Notes under the pieces: generated by a model
Seen by the model: only the letters and a program-made list of their open reading frames with translations
The model's database searches: none
What the model was told of the DNA's origin: nothing
Made by a program: the position numbers and the translations under genes
Part shown: positions 1 through 9,000 of the stretch, in pieces
Layout: each line of letters starts with the position of its first letter
How positions within the stretch are numbered: position 1 is the first letter of the stretch
Assembly: GCA_030647105.1 (NCBI GenBank)
Contig: JAUSJW010000100.1
Location: forward strand, 1 to 53,925
Length of the DNA: 53,925 nucleotides
Origin: Nanobdellota archaeon
GTDB taxonomy: Archaea > Nanobdellota > Nanobdellia > Woesearchaeales > WJIZ01
Direction: 5' to 3'

Positions 1-149
1 ATAGTATTGAGTAGATTACTGCATATGATATAAATGAATCGTTTTTGGGCGCCGTCGGGGTGGGGCGAAGGTTTCGCTGAAGACGGTTGCTTAGATTTCT
101 TTTGAATCAGAAGTTTGTGTTGATAGACATTATAAAAAGGTGGTGGTGA

Positions 150-992
150 TTACTTTCTAGAACGTTTAAATCTTTTTTTCTGTATTCTCTTCTTATTATG
201 TTTAACTAACCAAGGTTTAAATTTAAGCCAAGCATTATTTAATGGATTGAAGAGGAATTTAATAAGTTCGTAAATAAAAACCGCGATCATACTTGCGACT
301 ATCGATCCCCCGAACTCTAATTTGTATACGGACATTCTGCTAATGGGGTTAAATCTAAAGGCAAAACTCTGACCCGAAACGATAAAGCTTTTTGCCCTAC
401 CCCGCTCTAGAGGGAATTCGTCCTCTATTGTTCCTGAAGTGATAGTAAAACATCCTTCGCTTTCGCAGAGATAACCTGTGAACCCGCCATCAAAATTAAA
501 AGATACACGAGTTAAACCAGTGGTACCATCAGCGTTCATGCTAAAACGATCATAGAAAGAAGAACCATGGTTAACAGTTACCTCAAAATTATACCACTTA
601 GCCCTTTCCATACTTGAGTTTTGTATCTCGAGCAATAAGTAACCCCCCGTTTGATTCTTTATATCAAAGGATAGATTATCACTACTTGTAAAGTTGATAT
701 TACCATCGCTAAAGGTAAAATAAGGCATTGCGAAATCAAAATCACAATTTTTGTTAAAATTCCCATCTATTGTTGTTCTTTTATTCTTGAGGTCAATCAT
801 AACTAGGCCGGTATCCCATTCAAAACAATTAGAGGGAGCATTTTTCTGACCAAAATTCAGGAGATAAATCTTATCGCCTGAAGGATAATATTTCGATGCA
901 AAGATTTCTCCAGAAACCCATACATAACCAAAAAAAAGTAGAATGCAAATTCCCCCTAGTAGTAACAGCTTAGGCCAGGTTAGGTTTTCCAT
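150..992 (-). CDS. hypothetical membrane protein (N- and C-terminal TM helices, Lys/Arg tail); strongly AT-rich gene
   Basis: 280-aa ORF. Its start lies 3 nt after the stop of the VWA gene (996). Hydrophobic segments LLLLGGICILLFFGYVWV and SIVASMIAVFIYELI, tail KKRIQKKRFKRSRK. Asn/Phe/Lys-rich. No family recognised. Confidence 0.55.
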   Translation of the reverse strand: MENLTWPKLLLLGGICILLFFGYVWVSGEIFASKYYPSGDKIYLLNFGQKNAPSNCFEWDTGLVMIDLKNKRTTIDGNFNKNCDFDFAMPYFTFSDGNINFTSSDNLSFDIKNQTGGYLLLEIQNSSMERAKWYNFEVTVNHGSSFYDRFSMNADGTTGLTRVSFNFDGGFTGYLCESEGCFTITSGTIEDEFPLERGRAKSFIVSGQSFAFRFNPISRMSVYKLEFGGSIVASMIAVFIYELIKFLFNPLNNAWLKFKPWLVKHNKKRIQKKRFKRSRK

Positions 993-995
993 ATT

Positions 996-1928
996 TTAAG
1001 GTATACTCCTGAACTTCGTATTCACAAACACCCACTCAATCGAGAGGGTCGTGAAGCAGAGCATGATAAGCCAGAACGCGAGCTGAACAGGTAGCTTGCG
1101 CGTGGACGTGAACGCAATGTCGCGGTACGCCATCGCGAGCTGCTCGTTCGTCTGCGCCTTGTAGAACTTCCCACCGGTGTTCGCGGCGATGAGCTTCATC
1201 CCGTCCTCATCGAGCTTCGAGAGCGTGCCGACCCCAGTGAAACTGCCGCCTTCCGGAGTCGCGACGCCAATAGTATGCACCGTCACCTTGTACTCGTTCG
1301 CGTAGTTGATGGCCTGCGGCAAGAGTGTACCCACATTGCTCTGGCCGTCAGTCAAGAGAACAAGCACCCTTCCCTCGGGCCTCTGCAGAAGCAAGTTCGT
1401 TCCCGCGATAATGCCGTCGCCCACCGCTGTTCCCGACGAGAAGTCAATCTTGAGCTCCGCTATCTTCTGCCGCACGATCTCTCTGTCAGCGGTGAGCGTC
1501 TGCTTCACGAGAGGAGTGCCTGCGAAGGTCATGAGACCGACGGTCGCGTCCTCTGGAACGTTGTTGACAAGCTGCGTCGCCGCGGACTTCGCCGCCTCCA
1601 TGCGGTTGGGCTGGAAGTCGTTGCCGAGCATGCTCCCGGAGTTATCGATGGCGATGAGGAAGTTCGCGTTGCTGCCCTGCCCCTCATACCACAAGATAGG
1701 CCCAGACAAGGCAAAGATAAGGAAAAAGAGCGTCGAGAAGCGCAAAAAGAGCAGGGGCAGGTTAAGGGAGAGCTTCGAGCCGCCTGTCACTCGGGCCAGC
1801 GCCTCGAAGTTCGCGAACTTGAGCGCCTTCTTGTGGCTGTACTTGAGGCCGTAGAAGTGCGTTAGAATCAAGAAAGGCACGATGCACAACAACCAAAGAT
1901 AATTCGGCTGGAGGTAAGTGAGTTCCAT
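996..1928 (-). CDS. von Willebrand factor A domain membrane protein (BatA-like)
   Basis: Two N-terminal TM helices, then a MIDAS-type motif in FLIAIDNSGSMLGNDFQPNRMEAAK, LVLLTDGQSN, and a C-terminal TM (LAFWLIMLCFTTLSI). Sits 1 nt downstream of the DUF58 gene. Confidence 0.85.
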   Translation of the reverse strand: MELTYLQPNYLWLLCIVPFLILTHFYGLKYSHKKALKFANFEALARVTGGSKLSLNLPLLFLRFSTLFFLIFALSGPILWYEGQGSNANFLIAIDNSGSMLGNDFQPNRMEAAKSAATQLVNNVPEDATVGLMTFAGTPLVKQTLTADREIVRQKIAELKIDFSSGTAVGDGIIAGTNLLLQRPEGRVLVLLTDGQSNVGTLLPQAINYANEYKVTVHTIGVATPEGGSFTGVGTLSKLDEDGMKLIAANTGGKFYKAQTNEQLAMAYRDIAFTSTRKLPVQLAFWLIMLCFTTLSIEWVFVNTKFRSIP

Positions 1929-1929
1929 G

Positions 1930-2823
1930 CTACTTGTACCTCTGCCTGAACTTGAAGAAGGTGAAGATGTCGTGGATGAACGGCTTGTCCGTCTCGAGAG
2001 CGATCATGGAGGAGCGTGTTTTGTTCAGCTCTTCGCGAAGGCGCTCTATCTGGGCGTGCGCCTCGTGCTCGTAGATTTGCTGCGCCTCGTGAGGATTGGC
2101 AATCATCTTCCTGTCGGACATCACATCGCCGAAAAGCACGTTGCCGGGAATCTCAGGGAGATGGTTGTCTATCGGATCGCGCACCACAACCGCGTTCAAG
2201 TCGAACTTGAGGCCCGCTATCTTCATCGCATACTCCCATCCCGGCTTGAGGCCGATGAAATCGGAGACAATGAACACAACCGTCTGGGGCTTGAGGATGT
2301 TAAGCTTGAAGAGGTAGCTCAGCGCCGCGCCGAGGTCAAAGCTGCCGCCATAATAGGCAGGATTCTTGAGCGTCTTGAGGATGCGAAAAAACTGGTTGCG
2401 CCCGATGCCTGGCGGGATGAACGTGACCACTTTATCGGTAAAGAGCGCCAGCCCCACATTATCTCCAACTCCGTGCACAGCGTAGGAGAGCGTTGCCACC
2501 AACTCTGCGGCGAACTCGCATTTCAGTTTCTCGTGAGACGACAGCAACATCTTGTCCGAGACGTCCATGAGAAAGAACACCGTGAGGTTGCGCTCCTCCT
2601 GCATCACCTTCACCATGGGCTTGTGCGTGCGAAGCGACGCCTTCCAGTCAATCATCATGGCGTCGTCGTTGGGGCTGTACTCGCGAAAGCCGACGAACTC
2701 CAGGCCTTTGCCCTTGTACACGGCCATATAATTGCCCGCCAGCATATCCTGGGAGAATCCCTTGCGCAGGATGACCTCAAGCTTTGTGATGAGTTCCTGG
2801 ATATTGAGACGAATCTCTTTCAT
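1930..2823 (-). CDS. DUF58 family protein (MoxR/VWA-associated)
   Basis: Hallmark GKGLEFVGFREYSPNDDAMMIDWKASLRT. 4-nt overlap with the MoxR gene. Classical MoxR-DUF58-VWA order. Confidence 0.85.
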   Translation of the reverse strand: MKEIRLNIQELITKLEVILRKGFSQDMLAGNYMAVYKGKGLEFVGFREYSPNDDAMMIDWKASLRTHKPMVKVMQEERNLTVFFLMDVSDKMLLSSHEKLKCEFAAELVATLSYAVHGVGDNVGLALFTDKVVTFIPPGIGRNQFFRILKTLKNPAYYGGSFDLGAALSYLFKLNILKPQTVVFIVSDFIGLKPGWEYAMKIAGLKFDLNAVVVRDPIDNHLPEIPGNVLFGDVMSDRKMIANPHEAQQIYEHEAHAQIERLREELNKTRSSMIALETDKPFIHDIFTFFKFRQRYK

Positions 2824-4184
2824 GGGACAGGGACTTTCTTGAGAATCTCGTCGATGACCTGCTCGGTCTTGATGCCCTCGGCCTGCCCTTCATACGACAA
2901 GATGAGCCGATGGCGGAGCACGTCATGCGCGATGGTCTTGACGTGGTGCGGCGTGACATAGGTCTGGCCGAGAAGCAGCGCCTCAGCCTTCGCCGCGTTG
3001 AAGAGGCCGATCGAGCCCCTCGGGGACGCGCCGAACTCCACGTACTTGCCCAAAGAAACCCCGTATTTCTTGGGCGTGCGGGTCGCGTCGATGAGCTTGA
3101 CAATGTATTTCTCCACTTTCTTGTCGACGTAAATCTGTTTCGCGAGGTTCTGGATTTCGATGATGAGGTCGGGACTGAGGATGGGCTTGATATCGAACTG
3201 GTCGAAGGCGTGCTCGGAGAGGTTGCTCTTCAGGATGCGCTCCTCTTCGTCAATGTTCGGATATCCCATATACAGCTTGAAGAGGAATCGATCAATCTGC
3301 GCCTCGGGGAGTGCGTACGTTCCGACGTTCTCCAGGGGGTTCTGCGTCGCCATGGTGAAAAATGGCAACGGGACGGGGAAGGATTCCTTGGCGATGGTGG
3401 CCTGCTTTTCCGCCATGCTTTCAAGAAGCGCGGACTGTACCTTCGGCGGCGCCCTGTTGATTTCGTCCGCGAGGATGAAGTTGTTGAAGATAGGGCCTTT
3501 GAGCGTGTAGAATCCTCTGCCTTCCTGATACGTGGAGATGCCAATAATATCCGTCGGCAACAGGTCGGGAGTGAACTGGATTCTTGAGAACGAGCATTGG
3601 GTTGTTTTGGCGAGCGCGCGAATTAAAGTGGTTTTAGCTACGCCAGGGACACCCTCTACGAGAACGTGTCCGTCGGCGATGAGCGCGCGGAACATACCTT
3701 TCACGGCTAGGTCCTGGCCGACGATGAGCTTGCCCACTTCAAACTTAACCTTGTCGAAAAGCGCGCAATAGGCGAGAACCGATTTCTGGAGGCTTTTCTT
3801 CTGCCCCGGCGAGAGAACTGATTGTGCCTCGGACGGGAGAGCGGCCTGCTGATGAGCCTGCTCAATGAGCTCTTTCATATTCTCCGCCGAGCTCCCGTGC
3901 TCGACATGCGCGATACTCTCCGTAAGCGAGGGCTCATCCTCGATAGCCCGATCAACAACCGTGTCAGTAGACTCATACTCCTTCTCGACTTTGTCTAGCT
4001 CTTTCTGGCGATCCGCGCCGCCTTTCTCGAGCAGCTCCTGCTCCAGCTCCAGCTTCCTGCGTAGAAGATCGAGACGGCTGGCTTTGGGCTTTGGCGCGGG
4101 CTTGGGAGCCGCCTTTGATTTTGCAGAAGAGGCTTGCGACTGAGAACCCTTCCCCCTTTTTTCTGCCATAGCCCACTTTTGCAT
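2820..4184 (-). CDS. MoxR-like AAA+ ATPase with a ~130-aa N-terminal low-complexity/coiled-coil extension
   Basis: Walker A GVPGVAKTT, FSRIQFTPDLLPTDIIG, Walker B region ILADEINRAPPKVQSALLESMAE, ATQNPLE, C-terminal ASPRGS lid. TATA geometry favours the ATG at 4169 (Met6) as the real start. Confidence 0.9.
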   Translation of the reverse strand: MQKWAMAEKRGKGSQSQASSAKSKAAPKPAPKPKASRLDLLRRKLELEQELLEKGGADRQKELDKVEKEYESTDTVVDRAIEDEPSLTESIAHVEHGSSAENMKELIEQAHQQAALPSEAQSVLSPGQKKSLQKSVLAYCALFDKVKFEVGKLIVGQDLAVKGMFRALIADGHVLVEGVPGVAKTTLIRALAKTTQCSFSRIQFTPDLLPTDIIGISTYQEGRGFYTLKGPIFNNFILADEINRAPPKVQSALLESMAEKQATIAKESFPVPLPFFTMATQNPLENVGTYALPEAQIDRFLFKLYMGYPNIDEEERILKSNLSEHAFDQFDIKPILSPDLIIEIQNLAKQIYVDKKVEKYIVKLIDATRTPKKYGVSLGKYVEFGASPRGSIGLFNAAKAEALLLGQTYVTPHHVKTIAHDVLRHRLILSYEGQAEGIKTEQVIDEILKKVPVP

Positions 4185-4247
4185 CCAGTCCTATAAATAC
4201 TTTCCGGGAGGAATATGTTTAAATATCCCATCTCCTAGAATAACCGC

Positions 4248-4808
4248 ATGAAAAAGGAGCCTGTGTCCTACCGAAAGCATCTTTCCAGGGTCTCCGCGAC
4301 TAGAACCATCGAGGACCTTGAAATGGCGTTCAAGAATTTTATCCATGAGCAATATGACATCCACCATGGGCACACGTTTACTGAAATCCAGAACGTTGCC
4401 GGGAAAAAACGCATCCATCCCCACCTAAGAGAGCATATTCGGAGTGCCGCGCAGATGTTCGAAGAAATGGCCTACCGCAAAAAGAAGCTGAGCAAACACG
4501 AACTGCACCACATCCGAAAGCACGTCCACGCGCTCATCAAATCTTCCAGAGACGCCTACGGCCCGAGCGCTGAGCCGGAGAAAGGGTTATTCGCCCGCGT
4601 CAAGAGGACGCGTGATACGATTGTGCAGAAGACGAAAGAGAATGTCCAGCGCCTCAGGCACAAGGATATCCTCGTTGACGCGGAGTACCGCGAGATGCGC
4701 AAGTTCATGGACGCTTCTCACAAGCTCGGCATGGGCAGGAGCCAAATAGAGACGGAACTGCTTGTCATGGGCTTCCCCAAAGAGAAAGTAGAGAAGCTTC
4801 TCAAATAG
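4248..4808 (+). CDS. hypothetical soluble helical, His/Lys-rich protein
   Basis: 186-aa ORF with a TATA (4218-4225) 23 nt upstream of the ATG. No TM segment. Its central segment resembles the cytoplasmic loop of the giant protein (see findings). Confidence 0.6.
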   Translation: MKKEPVSYRKHLSRVSATRTIEDLEMAFKNFIHEQYDIHHGHTFTEIQNVAGKKRIHPHLREHIRSAAQMFEEMAYRKKKLSKHELHHIRKHVHALIKSSRDAYGPSAEPEKGLFARVKRTRDTIVQKTKENVQRLRHKDILVDAEYREMRKFMDASHKLGMGRSQIETELLVMGFPKEKVEKLLK

Positions 4809-4817
4809 AAACGTGGT

Positions 4818-5945
4818 TTATTTTCCTGTCACCCTATCAAGGGTGATAACACTAATTCCTTTCGCCCGCAAGGCATCAGGGAAAGTAACGCTCGAAAGCC
4901 CGGAGTAAAACTTCCAATTTCCTACAGGCCGCCTGTGCATATCTCCTACATTTGCCAAGTAGACTCCAGGAGACAATTCCTCGGCTCGCTCAGCCCAAGA
5001 ACGATTTCTGACATCGAGAGTGAGATGCGCGAGCGACTGTGTGCTTGTATCTGAGACTCCCGTTTCCTTAAGGACCTTTTTGAGCTCGCCAATCTGCCCA
5101 TCAAGCAACGGCACAAGGGTCTCCGACGCCTTATCCGCCATGGCAAGCAGGGACTTCCTCTCCGCGGAGGGGGCTCCTTGCGCGACTCGCTCCCGATAGG
5201 CCCCAAGGTCTCTGACAAATTCAGTACGATAATGCATGAGGTGATTCAATTCGCCAGCGAGAAGACCCCGCGCAAGAACGTCCTCGCGCTCAAGGCCCAA
5301 TTGGGCATACCCGCCAAGGTGCTTAAAACTTCCTTCGCCTTCCACTGCGTGCGCACGACAGACGCTGGCGATGCGGTTCATTCCCGCGTCCATCAGGTTG
5401 CTCCACGCTCGCGCGTAGACGGCATCCCGCTGCGCAATGGTTTCAGGATCTGCATGCTTACCTAGAATTCGCATATCGTTTCTGAGCACCTCCTGCTGGA
5501 AGTCAATATCGTTAGCATATCCGCCCCATTGGCAGTAAAATTCACGGGTGCGTGCAGTTCTTTGGGTGGCAGGGCTACCTTCGCGAAGAAGGCCCTCGGA
5601 GAGGATGCCCTCAAGCCCGCCGAGAATACGGTCCATTGTTTTCGCCAATGCGAGAGTGCTCTCACCATTGTTTCCCCCAGCCCCACCCTTTTGCGTTCGA
5701 TATTCATGGATTTCGGGGGAGACAACAATAGTCACAAAAGAAATCCCCGGAAAGGATTGGCCATAATCAAGGGGAACGCGCGCGGTTTCCAAAGCGCGTA
5801 TCAGTCCATCATAAGACGTTCGCGCAGACGGAGCAGTCTCTTTAAAGAGTGCCGCATTTCGCGGTTGTGATTCTTGAACAAGGGGAGTGGTGCAGCCCGC
5901 CACCAGAGCGCTCAAGAGCAAGAGAGAGACCTGATAGTTCTTCAT
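4818..5945 (-). CDS. hypothetical lipoprotein
   Basis: Signal peptide with lipobox-like LLLLSALVAGC. Own TATA (5967-5974) 22 nt upstream of the ATG. No family recognised. Confidence 0.7.
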   Translation of the reverse strand: MKNYQVSLLLLSALVAGCTTPLVQESQPRNAALFKETAPSARTSYDGLIRALETARVPLDYGQSFPGISFVTIVVSPEIHEYRTQKGGAGGNNGESTLALAKTMDRILGGLEGILSEGLLREGSPATQRTARTREFYCQWGGYANDIDFQQEVLRNDMRILGKHADPETIAQRDAVYARAWSNLMDAGMNRIASVCRAHAVEGEGSFKHLGGYAQLGLEREDVLARGLLAGELNHLMHYRTEFVRDLGAYRERVAQGAPSAERKSLLAMADKASETLVPLLDGQIGELKKVLKETGVSDTSTQSLAHLTLDVRNRSWAERAEELSPGVYLANVGDMHRRPVGNWKFYSGLSSVTFPDALRAKGISVITLDRVTGK

Positions 5946-6001
5946 CTTCCTTCCGGTTGCTAGAGATTATATAAATTTTACTATTTTATAGTAATTAATA
6001 T

Positions 6002-9000
6002 TTAGACCTTCCTTCTTCTAGAAAGCCAGACAATGATGAGGAAGGCGATGAAGAGCAGCGTCAGGAGCAGGCCTGAGAGCACCTGGTAAAGCGAGCTTTC
6101 CCGCTGCTTGATAGGCTCGAACTGGTCGATTTCCTTGGGCACGGAAAGGAGGTATCTGCAGCCTTCGATGATGAAGCTCAGCCGCTCTCTCGCCCGGTCG
6201 TACTGTCCCGCCTGGATATCGGACTGCGCCTCAGTCATGAGTTCGCTGAGTTCAAGGCATTCTGGATTCATTTGGAGCAGGTCACGCACGAAGTTGATAT
6301 GGTCGTCAATCTGCGTCCGGTTCTCCGCGACGCGTTCGGTACCAGTGAGGGAGATAATAGCCTTGTCGGTGAACACGGGGTCGGTGGAGGTGGCGCTGAC
6401 GATGACGTCGAACTCCCGCACAGTGCCGCTCCACTTGATGAAGAGCCGTGTCTCCTCAGTCTGCTTGGGCACGAGCGTGTCGAAGGCGCTTCTTTCGAAC
6501 CAGGCGATTACCGTGGGGTCGGAAGTATTCGCGACGAGTTTAATGCCGCTCAGTACGGATTCCGCGTTGTTGGTAAGTATGATAGGCGCGACAACCGTGT
6601 CTTCGCTAAATCCGGTAACGTGCCGAGGCGCGACAATTTCGAGATAGCGCGGCTCTGTCACGGTGCGCAGCCGGGTCTTGAAGGTGGTGCGGGTGCGGGT
6701 AACCGTAACGGTATCCGTATCGCTGGTAGTCTCGACATCAGTCACCTCGATAGTGACCGGCGCGCTGAGAACGCTGTCCGTACCGTCCGTAGCGTTGAAA
6801 ACCGCCGTCTCAGTGCCTGCGGAGGTGCTGGTGGTGGTGAGCGAGACAATATGTGTGGAATTGCTGATGGACAGCGCGACGTTCGTGACGCCCGAGACGC
6901 TAAAGAGCAGAGTGTCATCAGTATCAAGATCGGAGAAGTAATCATCGAGGTCAATCCAGTTTGGAAGACTGTCTCCCTCATCGAGCTCAATATTGGGAAT
7001 GCGGTGGCGGATGACAACGGAACTTACGTTCGGAGTCAGATTAGTGTTCGTCGTGTTAAGAATCACCCGATACTGGAGATAGGTCGTATTCTCGGAGACG
7101 ACGCGCTCTCCGGAGCTATTGAGATAACTCCGGTTGAGGAGCAGGATACTCCAGTTGTTCCAAGTGGTGGAATCTTCAGAAGTTCGAGTCTGGAGAACAG
7201 CGGCGGTGCCCGTAGGAGTGATAGCGTCCCAGCTGAGGTTCACAAGGCCAATGGGATTGTAGGCAATAGTAGCTGTGCCGCCCATATCGAGCGCAGGTGA
7301 GAGATACTCTCCACGGTTGTTGAAAACGCTTCCGTTCGCGCCGAGGAGAATGCCCGTATCAGAGGTGTTCGTGCCGTTCGCCGTGCCGGAGGAGAAATCC
7401 GTAGCGTCGTGGTCCACAAAACCAAAGCGCGGCGCGCGGTTGCTGTCCGCGACCGTAATATTCCATGTGAACGTAGCGTTCGCGTTCCTTGGGTCGGAGA
7501 TAATAACCGTGACATTGTGCAGCCCCGCGTCCAGGAAGTCCGGCACGTACGTAAGCGCGCTCGTCGTGTTGCTTGTCGAGTTCAACACGCCGTCGATGTA
7601 CCAGCGGTACGTGACGTTATCACCGTTGGAATCGTTCACGGAGACGTTGAAGGGTACAGTCGCGTTCTCCGAGACATTGATGGAAGTGCGGTTCAGGGTG
7701 AAAGAACTCAGGTTGGCCCACGCGAAGACAGTAGTATTGGAAAGCGGAGTCCCGTAGGGAGTGAGCTGGGTGAGGTTGGGCGGGCTGTTGACAGAAAGAA
7801 TGGTCAAATTAAACAGAACGGAAGCGCTCTTGCCCCCGGAGTCATTGACCGAGAGGTTCACGACATGCAGGCCGACAAAGGAGCTGTTCACCGTGACGTT
7901 CATCATGCCCGTGCTGCGGTTGATTGCGAAAGGAGCGCTGAGATTGAAGCCGTAGGTGAGGTTCGGCTCTCCGTCCTCCTCGTCAGTCGCGTTCACATCA
8001 TAGAGCAGGGTTTGCAGCGCTTCCGCTTCGAGGTTGGGCACACTCACCGAGGGGACATCGTTGAAGAACTGCACCTGGAAATTGACCGTCTTGTTGGTCG
8101 TCACGTTCGCGAGGTCAGTGACATTGAACTGAACCGTGTGATTGCCTACTTGTGTAGAGTTAGGCGTGAAGAGAATCCGCCCCGTGGAGGCGTTGATAGT
8201 GAAGAGCGTCGAGTTCGTGCGGTAGGTGAGGGTGTCGTTGCTCGGCACAAGGAAATCCTCATCCGTGGCGTTGACCGTGTAATTGAAGAGCGAATCCTCC
8301 GTTGCGTTGAGATCTGAGAGGGTGAGCGTCGGAGCGTCATTGGTGTTGTTGACTGTGAAGTTGATGGTCTGGCTCGTATTGAGCTCATAATCCGAAGCGG
8401 TGAAGTTGATAGAATAGTTGCCGACGAACGTGTAATTGAGCGTGAAGTTCGCGACCGCCCCGCGTATAGACATATTCTTGATGGTAAACCAGCTCGCGTT
8501 CGCCGTGAAGTTGACGGCGTCGCTCTCCGCGTCCGTCGCGTTGATGGTGCAGGTAAAGAGGATATCCTCCCACGCGGTGCGCTCGTTTTCGCAGAGGTAG
8601 ACGAAGGTGGGTGCGGTGTTAATGTTGAGCACTTCAACTCTCAGCGCCGCATAAACTGCGAGTCCGTTGCTGTCGTTCACCGTGATATTAACTGTATAGT
8701 TTCCAACTTCGGTTATCGTAGGAGTGAAGGAAATGAAGCCTGCGCTCGTGATGTTGAAGAGCGTCGTGTTGTCTGAGAAATTGAGGGTATCGGGGGTCGG
8801 GAGGTTGAAGTCGTCATCCGTGACATTGCGGCTCAGATTGTAGGTGAAAGGTGTGCCGCGCGTCGCGGTCAGGTTTGGCACGAGGGTGAAGGTGGGCGCT
8901 TCAGGAGTGTTGTTGACCGTCACGTTGTAGACATAGGTTGTGGCGTCGCCCCAGAAGTCAGTCGCCGTGACAAGGACGCGATGGTCTCCCACCCGGTCGT

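Noticed and set aside
1275-3587. Plus-strand ORFs (1275-1865, 1306-1854, 1918-2961, 2910-3587) opposite the MoxR/DUF58/VWA genes.
   Set aside because: The minus-strand genes carry clear family signatures and operon packing. The plus-strand products look like antisense artefacts.
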